Source: Parasitella parasitica NRRL 2501
Taxonomy: Eukaryota > Fungi > Mucoromycota
Assembly (NCBI GenBank): GCA_025201805.1
Contig: MU619340.1
Location: forward strand, 70,570 to 108,743
Length of the DNA: 38,174 nucleotides
Reading direction: 5' to 3'
Part shown: positions 1-9,835 of the stretch, one piece after another
Layout of the letters: every line of letters starts with the position of its first letter
Numbering within the stretch: the stretch's first letter is position 1
The notes under the pieces: model-generated
The model's input: only the letters and a program-made list of their open reading frames with translations
Database searches by the model: none
What the model was told of the DNA's origin: nothing
Made by a program: the position numbers and the translations under genes

Positions 1-965
1 CATTTTATTCGTGCTGTAAAGAAGAAAAACGAAGGCTATGTTGAAAAGCAACCCTCAGACTTTATTAATGATATTCAACTTGGCTGCCAGATTTTTGCTA
101 TCGATCCGGGAATTCGTGATATTACAACAGCTGTCGACCAATTAGGAAGAGAAAGAACAACAAGCTTGAAAGAGTACTACCACCTTTGTGGCTTTAATGT
201 TGCTAGCACACAAAGAGAGCAACATAAGAAACAGTACATGAACGAATATCAGAAAATTTCCACTTTAAGCTCATTCAAGACAACTAATTTAGAAGATTTT
301 GTAAAAGCATGTAAAGAACGATTTGATCTATACGATGATATCAAAAAATATTATGACAGCGATGATCGGTAAGCGCTCAACATTAAATTTATTTACCTTT
401 TACTAATACGTACGACTCTAGTTCTTCCAAGCTTAAGTTCAAATGTTACATAAAAAAACAAAAATGCATAGAAGAAATCTGCCGACGACTTACATATGGA
501 AGCGCTAAATACGGTGAAAAATCAAGAATGATAGAAAAGAAACAAACAACTAGTTATATTCCACCTACTCCGATTGATCATGATATCAAACCTCGTAAAA
601 CAATTCTCGCCCTAGGAAATGCGATGTTCAATGGGAGTCTTCGAGGGAACAAATCAGCACCAGTAAGACGTATCAGGGAATCATTGAGGAAGCGCCGTGG
701 GGAGACGTTAGATATATGCTTCATAGACGAGTACCTAACAAGCCAAGTTTGCAACATCTGTAAAGAACGCAATTTGGAAAATGTTACAACGGCCAAGTCA
801 GTGCGAAGAGTACATACCGTATTGCAGTGTCAGCAAAACACTTGTAATACGGTATGGAATCGCGACATAATGGCTGCAAATAACATATTGGACATCTTTC
901 TCTTCGCTGTATTCAATAACAACGAGCGTCCAGACATATTTAAGCGACACACCTCACCCGTATGA
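1..965 (+). CDS. Fanzor1 (eukaryotic TnpB-like RNA-guided endonuclease), C-terminal half, 5'-truncated by the window edge; exons <1-368 and 422-965
   Basis: Frame 1 reads ...QIFAIDPGIRDITTAVD (RuvC-I, D at 103-105). Removing intron 369-421 (GTAAGC...TACTAAT...CTCTAG) joins it in frame to SSKLKFKCYIKKQKCIEEICRRL (bridge-helix-like), then ILALGNA, FIDEYLTSQVCNIC (RuvC-II E at 729-731 plus CxxC), CQQNTC and VWNRDIMAANNI (RuvC-III D at 864-866). Stop TGA at 963-965. Confidence 0.9.
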
Positions 966-1120
966 TTGATATAACTCTCTCATACTCCTTACAGATGTAA
1001 GTGTATATACATTCTAAACTTCAGTCAATATCCTAACCATTATTTTCTTTTTACCCAAGTTTTTCTGCTTTTCTAAGGTAAATTCATGATCATACTATAA
1101 TACCATCAAAAACCAACTTA

Positions 1121-1317
1121 AATTGTCTAATTTCCATTTTTACTTTTTCCACAATAGGTAAGATAATGGTCCAATAATTAACTCTGATTCGTCTAAAATA
1201 ATTTCTTTTTTATCTGAAAATAATTATTTTGTTTTCCAAAATAGGTAAGCTATTTGTCTAAATATTAATTTCAATTCGTCCAGAAAAAAATTAACATACG
1301 TCTGAATTTAAAGTAGA
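1121..1317 (+). repeat. Degenerate ~22-bp tandem repeat array (about 9 units, core (G/T)TC(T/C)RAA-like) with an ~87-bp higher-order duplication
   Basis: Cores at 1125 gtct, 1147 ttcc, 1169 gtcc, 1191 gtct, 1212 atct, 1234 ttcc, 1256 gtct, 1278 gtcc and 1300 gtct (spacing 22,22,22,21,22,22,22,22). ttttccacaataggtaag at 1145 is repeated as ttttccaaaataggtaag at 1232. Confidence 0.7.
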
Positions 1318-1354
1318 AAAACTGTACTCAAATTAAGTCTATAAATATTATTTG

Positions 1355-1460
1355 AATTACCGGCCGCGACACTTGGATCAGATCAGGAACGGTTGCCATA
1401 ACAATTGAGTTGAAACTAAATGATCACCATGGTAGTTTACGGACACAGCATCTATAGTGT
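1355..1460 (+). ncRNA. Candidate Fanzor omegaRNA scaffold / transposon right end
   Basis: GC-richer island after the AT-rich array, downstream of the Fanzor ORF, with possible stems accg(1359)/cggt(1390) and aaacta(1413)/tagttt(1433) with inner atg/cat. The position fits the known placement of omegaRNAs at the element right end. Boundaries are inferred. Confidence 0.35.
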
Positions 1461-2111
1461 TAGTACTTTTTCAGAGATGCATATTTGTACATACAACTGA
1501 ATTGTAAAATGGGAGAAGAGATCTTTTGTGCTACCTGTGAAACCAAAAGAACCATGCATGGTATGAGGAGTGTAGACGAGATTTATAAAAGAAAGCACTA
1601 GATGTTTTCTCGACATGAAAATCGACTCGAAAACATAAGAGTGATTTAATATGTAAAGTTTTCCTCGACTATAAGAAGGGGCAATGTATTTCAAGGGATG
1701 GTGTGTGAGGGGGGTGGGGAAGGAATCAGTCATGGACAATTCTATATTTTAGAAAATGAAAAAAGTTGTGTTTTGTAAATAAAATGCATTCTTTTGTGAT
1801 TTTAATTATAAAAACTTATCATCTCTGCATCAGGGCAAATTTATTCAGACAGATGCATTGCATAATGGTTACTACTATTCTTTTTTTTCAATGAAAAAAA
1901 TGCGTGAAAGAGGGTTATTGGAAAGCCATACTTATTAGAAAATCCAGGGTTGTATTGCTCCTTGCATAATCTGCATCTTACCAGAGCACCATTAAACTAA
2001 GCCCAAAGTCTTACTTGAAACATATTCCCTTTGAGTAACTCTTCTCCTCTCTTTTCCTCTTCTTTCCTGTTTGCAGCCCGTTGGATATATACATATATCG
2101 AATACAAACAA

Positions 2112-4319
2112 ATGAAGAAGTACAATAATGCTTTCCTTTCCACTTTCGTTGTGGCAGTAATATTTATATCCAACTCAAATTCGATTACGTTAGACAAGCG
2201 CGCCGAATCACGTACAGTAGCATTTTTTACATTTGTTATTTTGAGTTTATATATACATATATATTTAAGCTCGCATATTGTTAAAAATCTAGAATGTGGA
2301 TTGTTGGGAGAATCAATTTACTGTTTTGGTGGCTATTTAGAAAACGAACTCAATGACAATAAATTGTACAGGCTCTCCTTGAGCAACTGGCCAAACGGTA
2401 CTAGTTTGAGCGACCTTAATCAAAGCTGGACACTGGTCAATCATTCCAATTCAGAATACCGGCTTGAAAGAAGACGAAAAGCAGCAGCTGCAGTTTATAG
2501 CAACAATACATTGTTCATTACAGGAGGATATACGTCTGGCTCGGCCGTTTACAAAAACCAGACCATTGCATACAACCGAGATACAAATACATGGCACACA
2601 TTAAATAATTATACAGCCGTGTCAGGATCTGTTCAACAAATGCAAGTATTGTTTAGATTGTAGCACTTGAGCATGCTGAACTCATTCGATTATACCATTA
2701 CAGATACTCAGCAACTGCTGTCAGTTTAACTCCATCAGAATCTACAATTGTCTTGTTCGGTGGTTGTACAGAGTATGTAGAATTATTCATGGTCATACAT
2801 GAATATTACTAGTAGTTTGCTAACAGTGGAATTAAAGGAACACACGCTTCGATGGAGTGGCACCTTTGCAAACCGACAACTTGAATAATACTGTTATGCA
2901 CGAAGGGTTCACATCTATGCAAGCATTCCAGTATGACCGCAGTCGATGGATCGAAAGATCTCCCCAGACGAATACACCTCTCAGATTTTACGCGGGCCAA
3001 ACCGCAACACTTGATCCTAAAACAGGCCTTATATATTATTTGGGTGGATATTACTACACCGCTCCCGACTATACGATATCAATTGCACAAGACTATCATA
3101 CAGCAAATGTGTTTAATTCAAAAAATGGCAACTGGCAAACCATAGAACTGTCAGGCGATAAAATACCAAGTCCTCGTTTGCTCCCAACTGCAACCATGTG
3201 TGAGTATTCTGTCAATCCTCTGCTAGGNNNNNNNNNNNNNNNNNNNNNNNNNNNNNNNNNNNNNNNNNNNNNNNNNNAAAAAAAAATAACAATTCAAATA
3301 GTGCCCAATTCAAATCATATATTACTCTTTGGCGGCTCCGAAACAGGACAAAATGCAGGTATGAAAATAGATTGACTAAAACAGTTGAAAAGACCAGACA
3401 AAATAATCTCTGCCGTTCTATGAATCTCTTATATATTCAAGCATGCATCAAATTTTGTTATTCGCTTGACCTTGACACCCGTGAATGGGCTCTACGTACC
3501 AACGATGCACTAATGACAGCGGACGCACTACGATTTGGTCATTCAGGTATTTATACCGAGGATATCTACAAAATGATTTAGGTTCTGATATAGTGAGCAT
3601 ATACTGTAGCTGTATTAGTCGGCACTAGTCTTTTCATTATGTTTGGATTTACTGTTTATGGAAAACCACTGGATAATATTCTTGTCATTAGCGTCAATGA
3701 TGTAAACAACCTCTACTTTTCAAAAACTTACCCTTATGCTGAAAGAGAGATGCTGCCTGTTCCATTAGACAGCAGCTCTTTGTCTGCTGCACCACTGAGC
3801 ACCGGTGCAATCGCTGGCATTGGAGTCGTGTCTGTAAGTGCGCCATGTGCCGGATGTATGTATATCTAATTTTTAACCGACAATTAACACAAGGGATTGG
3901 CGGTCGTTGCTGCAATCTTGTACTTTTTATACGTGCGCAGAAAGAAGCAAGCAGAAAGGAAGTTGGAGGAAATGCCAGTTGATTGGGACCAAGTTGACAA
4001 ATTCTACAGCCATTCTGAGCAAGGAGTATTGGACGGCGAGGCAGTGAATGCCGCATTATCGAAACCGAGCCATGCGGATGCCTCAGCTTTTGCCGTAAAA
4101 TACACGCCTAATACTCACGACGACGAGAGCACAGTAGTAAAAGAATTCAGAGGCATCGATAGCAATAGCTCTGCGACGTTTGCTGAAGAACAGACAAAAG
4201 CAATGAAGCCGTCAATGAGGAATGCAGAAAGCGATGTCAGATACGTCTCGCACTCTCCCTCGCCCTTGACCATGAAGACAAAGCCAGATGTCAGTATTGA
4301 AGAGGCAGATAGAGAATAA
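2112..4319 (+). CDS. Kelch/galactose-oxidase-repeat single-pass membrane protein (multi-exon)
   Basis: Signal-peptide-like N-terminus MKKYNNAFLSTFVVAVIF; repeated kelch motifs IYCFGG, LFITGG, IVLFGG, IYYLGG, ILLFGG, IMFG; TM segment STGAIAGIGVVS..LAVVAAILYFLYVRRKK; stop at 4317-4319. Confidence 0.8.
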
Positions 4320-4611
4320 AGCAGTGCTACGTTTCACCATGTTATTTATTGTTGTCATTCTATCTTTATGCCAAGCGTGCTTATAGAGAAGACAGGTGCT
4401 GAGCTTGGTTTGCTCAAGTGTGCTAAATAGGGAGGGGGAGGGGGAAAACTCAAGCATATGTATTTGTGCACTGTAAAATTTACGACTGTTTACACGATTT
4501 TCTATTTAATGAGTATGTTCAAGAACAAAAGGGAATATAATATAAAATAAGCAAAAAATAAAGAAAAGAAAAATAGACAAAACAAAATTGAGGTTATATA
4601 CGAATGTTCGC

Positions 4612-6891
4612 TCATTCCTCCTCACATTGAGAGGGAAGAGTGTAGCTTTCAACACGCTGTTCAATCCAGCCTTTCTTTTCGAGCTTCGCGCCAGGGCCAA
4701 GGCCACGCTTAGCAAATGCACGATAGATATCGCAATGGTATAGGCCTCCAGTCAGCTGCTTTTCGGCCTCCAAGATAGCATCACGAGCAGAGACGAAGGT
4801 GGGGTTACAGGGCTGCAACTTGAGGCCATCAATCACGAGCTGCACAGCAAGTGTGTTGCCGTGAGAGGTAATGTGAGTGCGAACCTTATCAAGATCCCCG
4901 TCGTCCATGGCAATCTTGTAAGGGTCTTCCGGGGTAGGGGGGAACCACTGGGGAGTGAAGCCTAGACGATCCACAAGATTCCAGTAGACCTCGTAGAGCA
5001 TCTCGGCCCAGACTTCGCCCTTGGCATGGACACCCCAATAATCAAAGCGGTCCATGATGCGGTAGGTGCTAGGGTTGGTGGCGTTGGAGGTAGAGTACTT
5101 GTACTTGCGGATGCCATCACCTCCGTTTGAGTAATCACCCATGCCAAAGTCAACATCACGCGTGTAGCCTTCACGCATGCGGATAACAGTGGCGATGAAG
5201 TCACCCCAGCCTTCACCCATTCCACCGGCTTCACCCCAGCCAAGGCAGTTGCTGTTCTTGGGACCGCCTGTGAGACGGATGGACACACCATGGGTATATT
5301 CGTGGATGACAATGCCGCTCTCGAAATCACCATCGCGCATAGGCTTGGTCTGGTCCCACACGTACATGCGCATCTTGCCATGCTTGCCGTCAGGAGGCGT
5401 GGCGAAATTGGCATTGTTGCGGCCAGAGCCGTCTTGAGCATTGGCAATGACAGCGTCTCCTTGGCCGTCATCGTTCTTGCGCCCACGTTCGAGGTTGTCT
5501 TGCTGAAAGTTACCAGCCTTCTCATCAAAACCGTACCTGTGGAAAAAGTCGTGAGCTGTGTTGCACCAGTAAAACAGGTTGGTTACTGCGGCATCTTCGT
5601 AGTCTTGAGGCTCGTCTGTGTCAAAATTGGCAACGTAGTCAAACACGATGCCGCCGTCCTCGTCGTCATGGCCACTGGGACGATAGTTCCTTTGCCACTC
5701 AGACCCGCCATCCGGATTCGTGTGGGTATAAGCATTGTTGCCGATAGTGACATTGAACGACTTTGCGCCTTTGGAGAGAACGCCTTGTGCGTGCCAGCCG
5801 TCAGGACTCGCCCATTTATCGTGGGGATCCTTCACGAGCTGCTGCTTGGTATCGTTAGGATCGTTGTTACCGAATGGAATTACGTTGTAAGCGGCTGCGC
5901 TTGAAACCCAATCAATCAGGCCAACGATGGTGCCATCATGAGCATTCACATGACCGTTGTACCAATTGTCATGCAGCTCATATTGCAAGTCCCAGACCAA
6001 CTGCAAATCACCGTTCTCTTGCTGAATGTATGCTTGACGCACCTCCACAGGCGACAGAGCAAAAGGCACGTTTTCAAACTGGAAGGCAAGCTCGTCAGCG
6101 TCCTCGTCACCGTCACCGCGCTTTTTGAGATGGTTGACCATGATGAGATTATCAGGAATGAGATAGTCGACAATGGAGGGATCAGGCAAGGACGACTTGA
6201 CAAATGACATTAGGGACAGCACAGCCTCTGCAGGATCAATGACGTCCTTGTGCTGGTTGACAATCGGATACACAGACTCATCGACGACAGATTCCTCCTG
6301 CTGGTTGGCGGCAAAGATGACCTGAGCAAATGAGCTTGAAACGGCCCTAAGACCGTTTTGTACCTTCTAATAACACCATGTGCGTAAATACCAAAAAAGC
6401 AAGGGGTTCAAACTATTTATTTGTTTACTCACCGCGAAAAGTGTAGCATCCTGTCCGCTAGCCATGCTCATGCCTCTGGCGAATGAATTACCGTACGAGA
6501 TTACTTGGCCAAAGCGATCGACGTTGATGTTGATATCGCCGTTCAGGACCTCCCGTCCGTTGACCTTTTGGCGCAGATAGACGTGAGTGACGCCATTCAG
6601 ATCAGATTTGTATGCGCTGGTGACAGTAAATTCGCTGGATGTGAGCTCGGCCTCTGCAAACGCAACAGCAATGTCTTCAGCATCGTTGGTGATGGTGAAC
6701 TGGCTGTAGTCTTTTTGGCGCTGAGACCAACTAGGCGCAGTATATTCCCGATAAGGTACTTCAGGTCCAAAGCTACGAGACAGGCCCTTCAGGTACTCTT
6801 TGCGAGGTAGCTCTCCTTGCTGGACAACTGCAGCCAGCGTAGACGATACACCGGCTAGTAGTAAGATTGCTGATGAAATTGAGTATTTCAT
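4612..6891 (-). CDS. Extracellular metalloprotease, M36 fungalysin family
   Basis: Signal peptide MKYSISSAILLLAG; FTP propeptide motif (GVTHVYLRQKVNGREVLNGDININV); NNANFATPPDG; HEYTH zinc motif; GMGEGWGD; one intron at about 6365-6431. Confidence 0.95.
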
Positions 6892-8328
6892 AATAAAAAT
6901 AAAAAAAAAATTATATATGTAACAAAAAAAAAGAGAAATAGCTTGCAGTTTATAGGTCATGCAATTTATAAAATGGAAATTTTCCCCTTATCAGACGGAC
7001 ACATGATGATCATTGCCAGTTTATCGTTGCACAATGTTATACATTTAGCTGTCCGCGTGATGAATACGTTAGAGCATTTACGGAACAATGAGCAAGAGCC
7101 TTGTTTTAGCTATATAGTAATTATCCTGATTATATAAAAAGACAACAACAAAGGCTTATCTGCTTGAAATCGACATTCGCAAACAAAGCTTGTATTATCT
7201 AAACATTGAATGTTTTGAAACGTTTGGTTTTGTCGATGGATCAGCTTGCTATACTGTATACGACTCTTTTGCTCTTTTTTTTTTCTTTAAAACAAACACC
7301 CGCATCATACTGTCTGCAAATGATACAATTTTACACTGGTAAACAAAAGATTATCTAAAAGTGTTATTTTTATACTGGTATGCATCGCAACAAGAGCGTC
7401 TGAACTCTCCTAAATGGTCAATCAGGACCGTCAGCTGGATGATGAGCATGTGGTGACATTTCCTAAATGCAGGAATTATTGCTTTNNNNNNNNNNNNNNN
7501 NNNNNNNNNNNNNNNNNNNNNNNNNNNNNNNNNNNNNNNNNNNNNNNNNNNNNNNNNNNNTTTCCATGTCTGCTTCTGGATAAATTACGCTTCTCTGCAC
7601 AAATGGCTTCCGATGGGAATCAGCAGTTCAATTTAGAGGGAAATTTTGCTTTCTGATTCGATCAATGCCCTTGGGGATCCAGGGGGTGGAAAAATTATAT
7701 TTCTCACAACCAATTATTGCACCAATACCATCTATCTTCAGGCTGACAAACGAACCACCTTTGAGCTATTATGATCACTTTTCTATTGATTCAACCACTT
7801 GATCATCACAGGGTGATGTCCATCTGCAAAGTAGAGCTGTTTTTATAAAGAACTTTTGTTTTTTAAGAATCTCGTCAAAGATTGAATTTGTTTGGTTTGG
7901 AATGTACTGATAAGAGTTTTTTTTTTTTTCGTAGTACATGCGTTTATTTAGTTAGCATATAGTGCACAATTACCAATTACTGATAGCTGCATTTTTCAGA
8001 CAGTTAAAATATTCCTATGATGTTGATAACTAGGCCGCTAGTGAAAAATGTACTTGTTTTACAGAGAAAAAGAACTAATTACTTTAGAACCACTGCGAAA
8101 TCTCACATTGCCGAAAGACAAACAAAAAAAAAAAAAAAAAGATGAAAGATGGAATTCCGCTCAAGATAGATTTTAATAGTAAAAAATGACCAGATGCTGT
8201 AAATATCATCTAGTAATGTTATTGTGCAAGGAAAGGGTTATTGTGTTGATAGTGTTGTGTGCGAGAATAAAGCAATATCTGCTGGCGAGCCGAGAAGTCA
8301 AGCGTTCAAGATATGTTATGCACTGTCA

Positions 8329-9630
8329 CTAGCATCCAAATTCATCAATCTCTTGGTCTGATTCCATGTTCATAAACTGTTGCAACATGTTCATATCTGC
8401 CGAAGGTTGCGTCGTTTGTGATAAAAGTGGGAAATATGACGACACCAAAGTAGAGAGATCATGATGATAATGTCCACCTGCAGTTTCGGGTGTTTGCTCC
8501 ATTGCTAAAACCTGCTGTGTGATTTTTCGTGGCGAGCTGTTCTCTGGTCTCCTCTGTTCCAAGCGGCTTCTCTTTTTCTCTGCAATTGCCATCACACCCT
8601 TTGCAGCCCTAGATTCCATCTCTTTGAAATTCTGCCACAAGCAATTCTTCAGCTCTCGAGCACCAGGCAGATCTTGAACCATTTTCGCAATTGTAGGGTG
8701 TTTGAAGCCAAAATAATCTGGTCCACTAGCAGAGTTGGAAAGGTCCCTTTGGCGAATCTCATTTGTTTTACGCACTATGACAGTCCAAGCACCCGTTGCA
8801 GAGTTGGCAATGATAGGATCATTGGGCTGATCTGCTGCTGTAATCTGAAATTTGGGCCCTCCTCTGCCGTCACTGTCAATTATGGTACAAGTTACAAGAG
8901 TATTTTTGGCGGGATCAACCATGCTAGGGTAGATTCTCTGTACAGTGTACCCCACTGGGAAAATGCATCTTTCAGTGTGAAATGTATCTCGATCCGTCAC
9001 AATTCTGCCAAGATTTGTCACAGTCAGTACACCAATCTTCTGCGGCAAGACTGGCTTCCCATGTGGGCCTCTTTGAATAGGCTGGACTCGGCGAGCTTTT
9101 ACATTGTACTTGTTGACCCTTGATCTTTTGGGAGGAGCAGAGGGCACTGTTGCTACATCCTCTCCCGAAACAGGCAATGTCACACGCTGAGAAGCTCGTG
9201 CGGCTAACGTGGTCGTTGTGAGAAGGGCTATACAGCGATATCAAATGCAACAATGTATGTAAGAAGACCATGGTCAATTCGAACTACTCGCTGTCTTTAC
9301 CAATAGAGCGCCGATCAAACCGATAAATGCTATCTAAAAGCAGGCTTGGAAAGATTTAGCATGGTCTGGCAAGCGCATGTTTACATGGACATATATACTC
9401 TCTTTCAAACATTAGCATTTTTATCTTTCTTTGGGCCCGAGCGTATCCCGTTTTCAATGAGTTGTTCAGCTATGTGTTGATCCAGCTTAGTTTTTTTTTT
9501 TTTTTTTTTTCTTGGTTTTATGCAAGCCATCCACGATTACCTTTATATTTTCCTTGATTATTTGCCTTTGCTTTTCATGCTTATCGTGGTCGTTCAAGTG
9601 CTGTTCGTGTGATGTCGTGGTTATTTTTAA
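8329..9630 (-). CDS. FYRN/FYRC-domain protein (TBRG1-like)
   Basis: LGRIVTDRDTFHTERCIFPVGY (FYRN) and SGPDYFGFKHPTIAKMVQDLPGA (FYRC). Upstream spliced exons give a coiled-coil segment LNNSLKTGYARAQRKIKMLMFER..LLLDSI. Introns near 9228-9300, 9345-9398 and 9471-9540. Start codon uncertain. Confidence 0.75.
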
Positions 9631-9835
9631 TTTTAAATTGAAAAAAAAAAGGAGAAATTGGAAGAAACAAAGCTTTTTAATAAAATATGCTTTGATTGCT
9701 GCTAAACCACAGGCGATTTTGCCACCCTTTTCCCTGGCTATCGTTACACACTGTGTTGTGATTAATTGCACTGTATTGTCTGGTCCTGGTTCTTTTTAAT
9801 TTTNNNNNNNNNNNNNNNNNNNNNNNNNATTCAGC

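Noticed and set aside
1121-1317. CRISPR-like array next to a Cas12-related nuclease
   Set aside because: The units are only 22 bp with a 4-7-bp degenerate core, have no conserved 25-40-bp repeat with unique spacers, and the host is eukaryotic.
4962-6207. Several long alternative-frame and antisense ORFs over the fungalysin gene
   Set aside because: Shadow ORFs caused by GC-rich codon bias; no domain motifs.
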